Below are positions 51,001 through 61,491 of a stretch of DNA of 64,000 nucleotides, piece by piece. The notes under the pieces are model-generated. The model did not search any database. It was not told where the DNA came from and saw only the letters and a program-made list of their open reading frames with translations. The position numbers and the translations under genes are program-made. The stretch's first letter is position 1. Each line of letters starts with the position of its first letter. This stretch comes from Candidatus Poribacteria bacterium (lineage in GTDB: Bacteria; Poribacteria; WGA-4E; WGA-3G). The stretch lies in NCBI GenBank assembly GCA_965205025.1, contig CBDBFU010000007.1, forward strand, positions 64,001-128,000. The letters are read 5' to 3'.

Positions 51001-53517
51001 CAATACGCTTATAAACCAAATATATACCTATCTGGAACTATAATCCGTTCAACAGAATCACTCAAAGAACACGGTTCCGCACGCGCTTTCGGTATAATCC
51101 CTTTGAAGATTGATGACACATCAAACCGTTTCACAATTGAACTGGATGCTCCTAAGGAGATAAGACCCAATACTGATGTAACAGTCAAGTATACTGTGAA
51201 GGGTAAAAACAACGGATTCTCCCAGGTGACAATTGCTGCAATTGATGAAGGGATTCTCCAGTTAACCGATTTCAAAACCCCTGATGCTCATAAATATTTC
51301 TATAGACAAAGAGGGTTAAAGACAGTTGCACATGATCTATATTCAGCTGTTTTACCGGAAATCGAATCGGCACAAACAGAATCAAGTACGGGGGGTGATG
51401 GAAGTTTAGCGGCAGGTCGTGCAAAACGGCTTAATACAGCGAGTATTATGCGTGTCAAACCGGTCTCCCTCTGGTCAGGTATATTAAAAACAGATCGATA
51501 TGGAAAAGGAACAATTGACTTTCATGTACCCCAGTTTAACGGAACGTTAAGAATAATGGCTGTAGCGTATGCCAATACAAACTTTGGGTCTGCTGAAAAA
51601 CCAATAATAGTTCGTGAACCTGTGGTAATCACACCGACTTTCCCACGGTTCCTCTCTGGTGGAGATCGTATTCAATTTCCAATAAACGTGCATAACGGAA
51701 CAGGTGTAGATGGAGAATTCAATGTTGAGATACAAGCAGAAGGAGATGTTCAATTCCTATCAGATGCCGAAGCAGTTGAAGCTACAACTGAAAATCGTAA
51801 AGTTCAAAAACAGATATATATCGGGTCTGATGTTGAGGAGCAACTCTTATTTGAGCTAATCACACACGATTCAATTGGCAAAGCGACCTTCACTGTATCT
51901 GCTTACGGGAACAACGAACGATCAGAAATGAACGTCCAACTTCCTCTGCGATCAGCTGCACCACCTGTAACTGATACTGGATATGGACTTGTGAATGAAG
52001 ATGAACCGGTAGATTTCATTCTACCATCAAACTTTATTCCGGAGTCTTCTGAATTTGGTTTAACTGTTTCTCCATTCCCAGCAGTTAAATTTGCAGGTGG
52101 TATCCGTTATTTACTTAGATATCCATACGGGTGTCTTGAGCAAACAACAAGTAGGGTTTTTCCCTTACTCTATTTTAGTGATGTTGCTCGTACAGTCGAA
52201 CCTGATCTCGCTACAGATGAACGTATAGATTATTACATTACCCAAGGGATAAATAAACTTGAAAGCATGCTTACCTCCCAAAATCATTTCTCGTATTGGC
52301 CCGGTGGAGGTTATATTAATCATTGGAGTAGTGTATATGCAACCCACTTTTTGGTTGAAGCTCGAAAATCTGGATATGAGGTATCTGACCGTGTTTACAC
52401 TGCCATGCTTGATGGATTAAAAAATCAAGCAAAACAGATTTCAAGCAACCAAAAGACAATAAATAACAACAATAGATATAATGCTGAACGTGCAATCTAT
52501 GCATGTTATGTTTTGGCTGCAGCTGGACATCCTGAAAAAGGTGTGATGCACTACTTTAAGAATAACTTGTTAAGTGGTTTAACTGGATTTAGTCGCTTTC
52601 AATTAGCAGGTGCATTCGGACTTAGTGGTGATTTGGAAACAGCCCTTTCTATGTTACCTATTTCTATTCCAACATCAAACGGTGGTAAAAGACAATCTGG
52701 TAATAACTTCAATTCACCTATCCGATCTCAAGCAATTATGCTCGACGTGCTTGCTGAAGTGAATGAAAATCATCCATCAATTCCCATGTTGGTCAATAAT
52801 CTGAGTGAATCTGCATCTGAGAAGAGACGTTGGGGAACAACACAAGAAAATGCTTTTGCTTTCCTCGCATTAGGTAAAATATTAAGGAAGCAAATGGATG
52901 GTAATTACACAGGAACAATTACTATCAATGGCACCCATTTGGCTGATTTTGATTCAGAAACACCATCAGTTCGATTGGCAAATAACGATTGGGATGGGGC
53001 ACAGATAGAAATCTCCATTGAAGGTGAAGGTAATTGCTATTATTATTGGTCAGCATTCGGTATACGGCGTGATTCCTTTATTCAGGAATATGATCGAGAT
53101 TTACAGGTGCGTCGTCGTTACCTTAACCAAGATGGAACTCCATACGAAAAAGAATTCAAACATGGGGATATGGTGATAGCAGAAATCACTGTAAAAGCAC
53201 TTAACTTCAACCTTGAAAACGTCGTCGTTGTGGATATGTTACCAGCCGGTTTTGAAATAGAGAATGCAAGATTAGCATCTCGTGCCAGTATTCCATGGCT
53301 GAAAACTAATGATTTTAAGCCTGATTATGTTGACATACGGGATGATCGTATGATATTTTTCGGCACATTCCCACGTCAGAGAGAACGCAAGTTTCACTAC
53401 GCATTAAGAGCCGTAACACGTGGTGAATTCAATCTACCACCTGTATCTGCAGAAGCAATGTATGATCCAGCCAATTCCTCTGTCGCAAGTAGTGGTAAGA
53501 TTACGATTATTGATTAA
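48079..53517 (+). CDS. yfhM: Bacterial alpha-2-macroglobulin
   Basis: 1812 aa; RGVYRPGE, VEEFMPDR, AAIDEGIL, thioester motif YPYGCLEQ, D.RDDR and AEAMY; followed by pbpC. Confidence 0.95.
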   Translation: MKTKQLYIGVVGILSLLLLIIGSLYIHSLSTGSKTRVHVKSFTPKGEKVLQWVDFTFTFSEPVIDNSLVNTELPSQAVQFTPTVEGVSRWIKRDTIRFFLESPLAPSASYTVVLSPKLHQSSLGFVITGNRKFTFLTEPFRIEKKNLEFKYTKTHAKVIGKLAFNYPVNIADLRSNLSLKLQDNVLLPYTLQPESGIAKEISIETEEIPRLLGNQSLKVQIEKGFNCIGGKIGLKQASIRTLTLAGRDRLRVTNANVDEYSGSPHIRLRFSSNVPVDTIQPYIQIDPELETQIIQRYNGVDIYGDFQRRNKYKISIQEGLAAPDGSILQKPYSVTLTIPDIPPQIRFAGNGFFLTRNQNMNLGLATTNIQNVNIQIEKVFANNLIYASKLRNWSTYTSGLGKPIHSGSLSIKSKLNEEVKTPIDLGQYLDDKYVGIFKVTARHPHNYRPRATQWVMLTDLGIISKRAGDELWVWVNSLSNLKPVSQATIKLISDNNQTLLTGKTNWQGFVEFSSVDQKTEGFTPFMLTAEKGEDISFIQLNRHQLSTGDFNVGGTAYLETGYDAFLYTSRGVYRPGERVDIAGIVRGKNNLTPPILPTHIEVTAPDGRTIREFQKNTDKHGGCEVELTLPAYAQTGGYITKMKVAEKEIGRGQFQVEEFMPDRMKVIISTDKPEYDIGAEVGMEVTAVNLFGPPATNRKVTAYYMLEAVPYVPAEKWRSFHFSSTARFEKQRMNLKETKTNDEGKVIYQVMLPEKVKAPSLLNGIFTASVNEPGGRAVTASQRAIIHPYSHYVGIKRPNDGAINRNQEVTIDYITVDKNGNSVAGRDLLLTVYKVRWNTILRRNSRGQSQYVSNSQKTTLESHPLVSTTDIGTFTFTPTEYGEYRVHIEDTASGAKSEIKMETSGWGYVPVSMENPSLLEMTLDKTAYNPGEIAKLHVKAPFPGKLLLTIEREKILSYRIVNLRGNTASLNIPVQYAYKPNIYLSGTIIRSTESLKEHGSARAFGIIPLKIDDTSNRFTIELDAPKEIRPNTDVTVKYTVKGKNNGFSQVTIAAIDEGILQLTDFKTPDAHKYFYRQRGLKTVAHDLYSAVLPEIESAQTESSTGGDGSLAAGRAKRLNTASIMRVKPVSLWSGILKTDRYGKGTIDFHVPQFNGTLRIMAVAYANTNFGSAEKPIIVREPVVITPTFPRFLSGGDRIQFPINVHNGTGVDGEFNVEIQAEGDVQFLSDAEAVEATTENRKVQKQIYIGSDVEEQLLFELITHDSIGKATFTVSAYGNNERSEMNVQLPLRSAAPPVTDTGYGLVNEDEPVDFILPSNFIPESSEFGLTVSPFPAVKFAGGIRYLLRYPYGCLEQTTSRVFPLLYFSDVARTVEPDLATDERIDYYITQGINKLESMLTSQNHFSYWPGGGYINHWSSVYATHFLVEARKSGYEVSDRVYTAMLDGLKNQAKQISSNQKTINNNNRYNAERAIYACYVLAAAGHPEKGVMHYFKNNLLSGLTGFSRFQLAGAFGLSGDLETALSMLPISIPTSNGGKRQSGNNFNSPIRSQAIMLDVLAEVNENHPSIPMLVNNLSESASEKRRWGTTQENAFAFLALGKILRKQMDGNYTGTITINGTHLADFDSETPSVRLANNDWDGAQIEISIEGEGNCYYYWSAFGIRRDSFIQEYDRDLQVRRRYLNQDGTPYEKEFKHGDMVIAEITVKALNFNLENVVVVDMLPAGFEIENARLASRASIPWLKTNDFKPDYVDIRDDRMIFFGTFPRQRERKFHYALRAVTRGEFNLPPVSAEAMYDPANSSVASSGKITIID

Positions 53518-53615
53518 CCGAAACTGTAAGATTTTTCGATGCCCAAATTTGTAGGGCAACCCGCGGAAGAGATGGAGGGTTTATCCTCTTCCCCCATCTC
53601 TTTCATCATAATCAT

Positions 53616-56066
53616 ATGAAAATTCTCTATCTACCCTTCTTCAATCAACGGGTATCTCCCATGTTCAATTATATAAAAACACATAGAATATCTCGATATT
53701 TTCTTGCAATCCCAGCAATTATACTCTTGCTTTTCTTGATTTTACATTTGTGTTTCCCACTACCTAAAGAAAAACTACACCAACCTCCATCTACAGTTGT
53801 ACTTGATAGGAATGGTGAATGGCTACGTGCATTTACTTCAACCGATGATATGTGGCGAATTACGGAGACCACACTTGAGAACGTATCCCCTCAATTCCAA
53901 ACTGCCATGTTAACATACGAAGATAGATGGTTTTACCATCATTGGGGTATTAACCCAGTTGCACTTTTTGGAGCAATGTATGATAACTTAAAAACAGGTA
54001 AGGTGGTACGCGGCGGTTCCACAATTACTATGCAATTAGCAAGACTTATGGAACCTAAGGAACGAACTATACCAAATAAAATGATAGAGATGTTCCGCGC
54101 AGTACAGTTGGAATTGACCTATAAGAAATCGGAGATATTGACATACTATTTCAATATGCTACCCTATGGTGGGAACATCGTAGGTTCTGCTGCGGCATCG
54201 CGTCTATATTTCAATAAGCCACAAAATGCTCTAAGTCTTGGTGAAGCCGCATTATTAGCAGCAATTCCAAACTCTCCAGAACGATTACGACCAGACCGGT
54301 ACCCCAACCGTGCGTTGAAGGCAAGAAAAAAAGTCCTGCAACGCATGAAAAATGCTGGGAAAATAACCGAACATCAGATGGCAGAAGCCTTACAAGAGCA
54401 TATACCTGCAGAACGTTACTCACTTCCATTTAAAGCACCACACCTTTCTCGTATACTTGCCAAAAAACGGACTTCAGATTCGTCTGGTAATTTAAAAAAT
54501 CCGTGGATTCACACAACTATTGACTCCCGATATCAGGACATTGCTGAACGAATCCTCCGTGAACGGTTACGACCTTTACAAGCACAAGGCATTTCTACTG
54601 GTGCAGTAATCGTAATGGATACAAAGAGCCATGATGTTCTGGCTATGGTAGGGTCGCACGATTTTTTCGATGCAAAATATTCAGGTCAAGTTAATGGTAC
54701 ACTTGCCATACGATCCCCCGGTTCAACGCTAAAACCTTTTATCTATGCTCTTGCTATTGACAAAGGTCTAATTACCCCCGGGACATTACTGTATGATGTG
54801 CCAGTTGACTATCTTGGATATAGTCCTGTGAACTTTGATGGGAAATACACTGGATATGTTACTGCACGAGAAGCTTTAGCAAATTCTCTGAATGTTCCAG
54901 CAGTCAATCTCTATGCTAAATTAGGAAAGAATCAACTATATTTATTTCTTCTTCGTGCCGGTATTTCTACATTCGCTAATGAAAATAAATATGGTCTATC
55001 ACTTGTGCTTGGTGGATGTGGTGTTAATCTTCTCGAGTTAACAAACCTGTATGCAGGATTAGCAAATATGGGTGTGTTTACTCCCTATAAAATCCTAAAG
55101 AAAGATGAAAATGATATTGGTATACAAAAAAGGAATAGAACTAAACCTGTTCATCCGGTTTCAACTCCTACATCAGATTATCAATTATTAACACCTGAGA
55201 CCAGTTGGATAGTGACAGAGATGTTGACAACTCTGAAACGTCCCGATTTCCCGGAAGTCTTTGAATTAACTGGTACCATGCCTAAAGTTGCATGGAAAAC
55301 AGGAACATCTTATGGACATAGAGATGCATGGAGTATAGGTTATTCACCTGATTTTACAATAGGTGTATGGATTGGAAATTTTAATGGTACCGGTTCACCC
55401 ATTTTAAGTGGTTCTGACACGGCAGCACCTATTCTTTTCTCACTTTTTACTGTTCTATCTGGAGAAAAGACAAGTCAATGGTTTAGCAAACCAGAGAAAT
55501 TAGAAGAACGTCGTGTTTGTTCATTAAGTGGTAAACTTCTCACACCACATTGTCCTACATCTACAACTGATATGTATATCCCAGGTATCTCGCCTGTGGA
55601 TAAGTGTCACATTCATAAAAATATACAAATTGATATATCGACAGGTGAAAGGTTATGTTCATCATGCAGGACTGGGAAACAATATAGAGACGAAACAATT
55701 GTTGTGTGGCCGTCAGAGGTTGCTACATGGCTAAATGCCTCAGGGTATGCTGTTCCAGTACTACCTGCACATAATGCCAACTGTACACGTCTACTAACAG
55801 GAACACCACCCATAATCCTATCCCCAACCCGTGAAACTGTATATCACATCCGTTCGGGTGTGCCGCCTGAATTTCAAAAAATACGATTGTCAGCATCAGT
55901 TTCAGGGGACACACAGGACCTCTACTGGTTTTTAAATGGTGAACTTATATCAAAAGGCGAAGCAGTTGAACCAGCATTTCTTACACCAGTTGTTGGTAAC
56001 CATCAATTAACATGCATTGATGAGGCAGGTAGATCTACAAGTCTCTCTCTTACAATTGTTCAGTAG
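53616..56066 (+). CDS. pbpC: Penicillin-binding protein 1C
   Basis: EDRWFY.H.G, GGSTITMQLAR, STLK, SLN and KTGTS motifs, C-terminal PBP1C domain; downstream of A2M. Confidence 0.96.
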   Translation: MKILYLPFFNQRVSPMFNYIKTHRISRYFLAIPAIILLLFLILHLCFPLPKEKLHQPPSTVVLDRNGEWLRAFTSTDDMWRITETTLENVSPQFQTAMLTYEDRWFYHHWGINPVALFGAMYDNLKTGKVVRGGSTITMQLARLMEPKERTIPNKMIEMFRAVQLELTYKKSEILTYYFNMLPYGGNIVGSAAASRLYFNKPQNALSLGEAALLAAIPNSPERLRPDRYPNRALKARKKVLQRMKNAGKITEHQMAEALQEHIPAERYSLPFKAPHLSRILAKKRTSDSSGNLKNPWIHTTIDSRYQDIAERILRERLRPLQAQGISTGAVIVMDTKSHDVLAMVGSHDFFDAKYSGQVNGTLAIRSPGSTLKPFIYALAIDKGLITPGTLLYDVPVDYLGYSPVNFDGKYTGYVTAREALANSLNVPAVNLYAKLGKNQLYLFLLRAGISTFANENKYGLSLVLGGCGVNLLELTNLYAGLANMGVFTPYKILKKDENDIGIQKRNRTKPVHPVSTPTSDYQLLTPETSWIVTEMLTTLKRPDFPEVFELTGTMPKVAWKTGTSYGHRDAWSIGYSPDFTIGVWIGNFNGTGSPILSGSDTAAPILFSLFTVLSGEKTSQWFSKPEKLEERRVCSLSGKLLTPHCPTSTTDMYIPGISPVDKCHIHKNIQIDISTGERLCSSCRTGKQYRDETIVVWPSEVATWLNASGYAVPVLPAHNANCTRLLTGTPPIILSPTRETVYHIRSGVPPEFQKIRLSASVSGDTQDLYWFLNGELISKGEAVEPAFLTPVVGNHQLTCIDEAGRSTSLSLTIVQ

Positions 56067-56118
56067 AAATAGACTTTCACAATTACGCATTCATGCCAGA
56101 ATCTTTATTATTACAATA

Positions 56119-56496
56119 TCATTTCCGGAATACAGCCAATATCAAGCATGCCCATCCTGCAATGAAAGCTAACCCGCCAATTGGAGTCATCGCACCAAGC
56201 CAACGGATACCAGTCATACTGAGAATATATAAACTGCCAGAAAAGATAGCTATTCCACCGATAAAACACCATCCAGCTGCGGTTGTAAAGGAATTCTGCC
56301 ATTGTGATATTGCCCAGGCAACAATTATTAGACCTATACCGTGATATACTTGATATCGTACAGCCACTTCAAAGATGTCTAACATCTCTTTTGATATTTT
56401 AGTCTTAAGAGTATGTGCACCGAACGCACCCATGAACACACTCAGTAAACAAAATGCTGAACCTATTATAAAGAAAAAACCTTTCATTTTTATCAC
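56119..56496 (-). CDS. DUF423 (YgdD/TMEM256) membrane protein
   Basis: GAFGAH, YQVYH, FSGSLY and TPIGG motifs. Confidence 0.93.
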   Translation of the reverse strand: MIKMKGFFFIIGSAFCLLSVFMGAFGAHTLKTKISKEMLDIFEVAVRYQVYHGIGLIIVAWAISQWQNSFTTAAGWCFIGGIAIFSGSLYILSMTGIRWLGAMTPIGGLAFIAGWACLILAVFRK

Positions 56497-56696
56497 CTAT
56501 TTCATTCAATTTGTATCTACAATTATATCCTATTTGGTAAAAAATACTAATAATTCCTACGATGTCTTACAGATACGCACTATTTCAAATCGTTTAAGTT
56601 GCTATTTTCTATCACATATGCTAAAATTATGTATCTTAATAACGGCATAGTTTGACCTATTCCGTGTGGTTTACAAAAGGAGAACTTTCTAAGAAG

Positions 56697-58781
56697 ATGA
56701 GACAATACAGAACAGAAGAAATTCGGAATATCGGTATTATTTCTCATTCAGGGGCTGGCAAAACATCCTTAATTGAAGCTATGCTATACAACGGTGGTGC
56801 CATAGAGCGGATGGGATCTGTGGATGATGGAAACACGGTAGCTGATTATGCCTCTGATGAGATTGAACGTAAAACGTCACTAAATTGTTCAGTGTGTATC
56901 ACGGAATGGGGGGAACATAAACTTAATCTAATTGATACACCCGGAGCAGAGGATTTTTACGGTGACCTATACGGTGTGCTTCGAGTTGTAGATGCGGTAA
57001 TCGTTGTTGTAGATGCTACTACAGGCGTAGAGGGTGGAACCGAAAAAGTATGGGAAATTGCAGATAAATATAACCTTCCACGACTACTATTTATAAATAA
57101 AATGGATAAAGAAAATGCAAGCTTTGAGAATGCGCTTGCAAGTATATCCGAAATATTAGAAACACGTGCTGTACCGATTCAACTCCCGATAGGAAAAGAA
57201 GACCAGTTCACAGGGGTGGTAGATGTTGTACAGAATGGAGCATTTCTTGAACCAAGCAGTAACGCTCCTGGCACAAAATCTGATATTCCTGACGACCTAA
57301 CAAGTGCAGCTGAAGAAACAAGAGAAGCACTCGTTGAAGTCGCTGCTGAAAGTGATGACGCATTGATAGAGAAGTTCTTTGAAGGCGAACTTTCAGATGA
57401 AGAAATTCAGCAAGGAATTCAGACTGGAATCCTTGAAAGTCAGTTTGTACCAGTTCTATGTGGATCCGCTTTGAAAAACATTGGTGTACAACAGTTAATG
57501 GATACGCTCGTAAATTGCTGTCCCTCACCTATACAGGTAGGTGCTGTCCATGATGCAGATGACGAATCCAAAACTCGAGAACCATCAACAGAAGCACCGA
57601 TGTCTGCCCTTGTATTCAAAACAATCGCAGACCCATTTTCAGGACAACTCAGTTTATTCCGTGTGTATTCCGGATCTTTAACGGGTGATTTACAAGCAAA
57701 TAATCCTAATCGTGGTGAGTTGGAAAGAATTGGAAAACCAGCATACATGAATGGTAACCAATCAATAAACACCACCAGTGTACCTGCTGGTGATATTGGC
57801 GCATTGACTAAACTATCTCTCACACAGACTGGGGATACTCTCTGTGATAGAGATAATTCAATAACACTTCCTGGAATCGAATTTCCTCAGGCTGTAATCT
57901 CTTTTGCTATTTCACCTACCCGTGAGGGAGACGACGAAAAACTTATCACTGCCCTTACTCGGATTTCCGAAGAAGATCCATCATTCAAGATTGAACGTAA
58001 TGATGTTACAAAACAGTTGTTAGTTTCAGGTTTAGGGGAACTTCACATCAACGTGAATCGTCAGAGAATTGTGGAAAAATTCAGTGTCGAAACAGAATTA
58101 TTCCCACCGAAAGTCCCCTATCGTGAAACTGTACGACGCAGTGTTAAAGGAATCCAAGAAAGGCACAAGAAACAATCTGGTGGAAAAGGACAATTTGGGG
58201 ATGTTACAATCAATTTAGGTCCCCTTCAACGCGGTGAAGGATTTGAATTTATTAACAACATTAAAGGGGGTGTAATACCAAGCAATTACATTCCAGCCGT
58301 TGAAAAAGGTATCCGTGACAGAATGGGTCGTGGAATAATTGCCGGTTATCCATTAGTTGACATTCAGATAGACCTATACGATGGGAAATATCATGATGTT
58401 GATTCTTCAGATATGGCTTTCCAAATTGCAGGTTCCATGGCATTTGCTACTGCGGTACAACAAGCTGAGCCGTGCTTACTTGAACCTATCATGAACGTCT
58501 CAATCTCAGTTCCGGACCAATTTATGGGAAGTATCATAGGTGATCTTAATGGACGACGGGGACAGGTTATGGGTGTTGACCAGGTGGGTAAACGACAAGA
58601 AATAAACGCCTTAGTTCCACTATCAGAAATGCTTCGTTATTCCATTGATTTGAAATCTATGACAAGTGCCCGTGGACAGTTTACTATGGAATTCTCAAAT
58701 TATGAGATTGTTCCAGATGATGTGGCACAGAAGGTAATAGCAATATCAAAAGAAGGTGAAGAAGAAGAAGAGGAAGCATAG
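56697..58781 (+). CDS. fusA: Elongation factor G-like protein (EF-G2 type paralog)
   Basis: Full EF-G architecture, but divergent G2 (RKTSL instead of RGITI) and G3 (DTPGAEDF instead of DTPGH); not in an rpsL-rpsG context. Confidence 0.9.
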   Translation: MRQYRTEEIRNIGIISHSGAGKTSLIEAMLYNGGAIERMGSVDDGNTVADYASDEIERKTSLNCSVCITEWGEHKLNLIDTPGAEDFYGDLYGVLRVVDAVIVVVDATTGVEGGTEKVWEIADKYNLPRLLFINKMDKENASFENALASISEILETRAVPIQLPIGKEDQFTGVVDVVQNGAFLEPSSNAPGTKSDIPDDLTSAAEETREALVEVAAESDDALIEKFFEGELSDEEIQQGIQTGILESQFVPVLCGSALKNIGVQQLMDTLVNCCPSPIQVGAVHDADDESKTREPSTEAPMSALVFKTIADPFSGQLSLFRVYSGSLTGDLQANNPNRGELERIGKPAYMNGNQSINTTSVPAGDIGALTKLSLTQTGDTLCDRDNSITLPGIEFPQAVISFAISPTREGDDEKLITALTRISEEDPSFKIERNDVTKQLLVSGLGELHINVNRQRIVEKFSVETELFPPKVPYRETVRRSVKGIQERHKKQSGGKGQFGDVTINLGPLQRGEGFEFINNIKGGVIPSNYIPAVEKGIRDRMGRGIIAGYPLVDIQIDLYDGKYHDVDSSDMAFQIAGSMAFATAVQQAEPCLLEPIMNVSISVPDQFMGSIIGDLNGRRGQVMGVDQVGKRQEINALVPLSEMLRYSIDLKSMTSARGQFTMEFSNYEIVPDDVAQKVIAISKEGEEEEEEA

Positions 58782-58895
58782 ACCTCTATATAATTCATTC
58801 TGGGCATACAAATCAATACTTATACTTAATAGGCGTGCTCGATGAATAGAGTACGCCTATTGTCATTAATCCTCTATACATATACAGTAAGGAAT

Positions 58896-60056
58896 ATGAG
58901 ATCTGTGAAAGGAATAATACTATTACTCTCTATTTGTATCGTAATTTCTGGATTTCTAATTGCTGAAATAGGCAAATCAGATTCTTTAAATGTTGATAAT
59001 CACAATCCTCTGGAGAATCCTAAGATTATACTACCTAAGGTTAAGAACTTAAAGAAACCTGAATATCCAGTTGAAGCGAAGATAACAGGTAAGGAGGGAA
59101 AAGTTCTTCTACAGGCAACTATTAACGTAGATGGCATAGCAGAAGATATTACAGCTCTAACAGAACTCGGTTTTGGGTTAGAGGAAGCAGCTATTGAATC
59201 GTTAAAAAATGGTGTTTTCTATCCTGCTACTTCAAATGGAAAACCTGTAAGTTTTAAAGTCAGGATACCGTATGAATTCAAACTCACACTTGACGATACC
59301 GATATGGTTTTAATTCCAGCGGGAGAGTTCCAGATGGGTAGCAACACTGGAGATACAGATGAAAAGCCTATCCACACCGTTTACGTTGATGCATTCTATA
59401 TTGACATGTATGAAGTCACCAATGCACAATATAAGGCATTTATTGATGCTAATCCTGAGTGGGGTAAAGACCAAATTCCACCTGCATATCATGATGGTTA
59501 TTACCTAATTCATTGGATTGGGAACGATTATCCTGTGGGGAAGGAGAATCATCCTGTTGTTTACGTGAGTTGGTATGCAGCAATGGCTTATGCAAAATGG
59601 GCAGGTAAACGGTTACCAACAGAAGCAGAATGGGAAAAGGCTGCTCGTGGAGAATTAAAAGATAAGCTATATCCATGGGGTGACACAATTGATGATACGA
59701 AAGCGAATTATTATAGGGATACAGAAGGTAATGGAACATTACCAGTTGGTAGGTTTCCTGCAAACCCATTTGGTCTGTATGATATGTCAGGAAATGTAAG
59801 AGAATGGTGTCTTGATGTGTATGAAGCCACTTTCTATGTTAATTCTCCCAAAGAAAATCCAATCGCTGGTGTGGAAAGCATAGATAAAGCAATTTCAGAT
59901 TTTTTAAATGTTAAGAAGAATTGTGTATTACGGGGTGGTTCATGGTTGAATATACCTGAAAAATTACGGGTTTCTGAACGCACCTCAAGACTTCCTAATG
60001 CTACAAATCCGAATGATGGATTTCGTTGTGTGAAAAATATATATAATCTAAGGTAA
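58896..60056 (+). CDS. TonB C-terminal domain + FGE-sulfatase (SUMF1) domain fusion
   Basis: PEYP..A...G.EG.V TonB_C motif; then FQMGS, EVTN, RLPTEAEWE, YDMSGNVREW, RGGSW and GFRC. Confidence 0.9.
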   Translation: MRSVKGIILLLSICIVISGFLIAEIGKSDSLNVDNHNPLENPKIILPKVKNLKKPEYPVEAKITGKEGKVLLQATINVDGIAEDITALTELGFGLEEAAIESLKNGVFYPATSNGKPVSFKVRIPYEFKLTLDDTDMVLIPAGEFQMGSNTGDTDEKPIHTVYVDAFYIDMYEVTNAQYKAFIDANPEWGKDQIPPAYHDGYYLIHWIGNDYPVGKENHPVVYVSWYAAMAYAKWAGKRLPTEAEWEKAARGELKDKLYPWGDTIDDTKANYYRDTEGNGTLPVGRFPANPFGLYDMSGNVREWCLDVYEATFYVNSPKENPIAGVESIDKAISDFLNVKKNCVLRGGSWLNIPEKLRVSERTSRLPNATNPNDGFRCVKNIYNLR

Positions 60057-60258
60057 GTAAGCTATAGACTAACAACTTTGAATAAATGCAGTTATAGTTC
60101 ATCCCACTCAACTGTAGGAACAGCACTTGAATAATCCAGGCTTTGAATTTGACATGCCTGTATTATTCTGATATATTTTAATCTGGATTACTTCGGATTA
60201 TATAACCATCACACAATACATCATAGATGAAACAACATAGAAAAAAGGATAAATAAAA

Positions 60259-61404
60259 TTGAGATCAATTTTAATGCTAACGACATTAACAGCCTTGTTA
60301 GTATGCTTTTCGGCTTGCGAACGAATACCACAAATTATCGAACCTCCAATACAACAAGTAGATGATAAGAGTGGTGAGATTACTATCGGAGTAGTTTTAC
60401 CGCTAACAGGACACTTAAATGCTTCCGGTGAACGCATGAAGCAGGGATTTGAACTTGCCCTAAAAGAAATTAACAGTACTCAACTCAATAACATAGTACT
60501 CAAAATAATCATTGAAGACGATATGAGTTCACCACCTGCAGCGGCTGATGCTTTCAAAAAACTAATTCACGAAGACCGTGTATCTGTTATTCTCGGTCCC
60601 GCAACCTCAAGTGCAACTAAGTTGGCATTCCCAGTCGCACAAGAAAATCAAACTGTCGCTATTAGTCCAACGTCAGGGGCAAGGGGATTAAGTGCAATAG
60701 GAGATTTCGTCTTTCGAATTCCCCTCGCTACGAATGTCTTAGCACTTAATGGGGTTAAGATCACACACGCAAAACTCGATTATGAACGTGTAGCTACAAT
60801 GTATGATGAAACTGATGTATTCTCTACAGACAGAGACACTGCATTACGCGAAGCATTAAGTGATATCAATATTGAAGTGTTAACTACAGAAGTTTTCAAG
60901 AGTGGTGATACAGATTTCACAGCACAATTAAATCGGATAAATGAGTTGGAACCCCATGCTATCTTCATCTCTGCTCTGCCACCAGAAAAAGCACCAATCC
61001 TGATACAAGCACAAACACACGGCACCACTGTTCCTATCATCATGAGTTCATTAACCAATTTAGATGTAACTGCTGCAGGTACTGCTGCTGAAGGTGTGAT
61101 AACCTTTATCGGTTGGCTTCCCACAGATGACACACCTGGAAATCAGTCGTTTGTTCAAAAGTATACCGATACTTACGGTAACGAACCAGATGCCTTCGCT
61201 GCAGCATCCTATACCTCTCTCTATATTTTGGCTGAGGCAATTAAAAATGCTACAGCAACCGATTCAATCTCAATCAGAGACGCATTGGCAAATATCCGTG
61301 ACTTAGACACAATTCTTGGTAAGTTCTCCTTTAATGCTGATGGAGATGCTGTTTATCAACAGAAAGTATTGATTGTAAAAGATGGTATGTTGCAACCTTT
61401 TTAG
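60259..61404 (+). CDS. Branched-chain amino acid-type ABC substrate-binding lipoprotein
   Basis: Lipobox FSAC; IGVVLPLTG, ILGPATS and DFTAQL motifs. No permease genes adjacent. Confidence 0.9.
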   Translation: MRSILMLTTLTALLVCFSACERIPQIIEPPIQQVDDKSGEITIGVVLPLTGHLNASGERMKQGFELALKEINSTQLNNIVLKIIIEDDMSSPPAAADAFKKLIHEDRVSVILGPATSSATKLAFPVAQENQTVAISPTSGARGLSAIGDFVFRIPLATNVLALNGVKITHAKLDYERVATMYDETDVFSTDRDTALREALSDINIEVLTTEVFKSGDTDFTAQLNRINELEPHAIFISALPPEKAPILIQAQTHGTTVPIIMSSLTNLDVTAAGTAAEGVITFIGWLPTDDTPGNQSFVQKYTDTYGNEPDAFAAASYTSLYILAEAIKNATATDSISIRDALANIRDLDTILGKFSFNADGDAVYQQKVLIVKDGMLQPF

Positions 61405-61491
61405 TAATTTCCATCCGGACCCAGGTAGGTGCGGTTTTGCGATGTGCTATAAGCGTCAATTAGAATTTGCCGATTGACGGAGACTGGAATA

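Noticed and set aside
58896-60056. DGR target (FGE/CLec fold)
   Set aside because: No reverse transcriptase, and no template repeat matching the 3' end was seen in the window.
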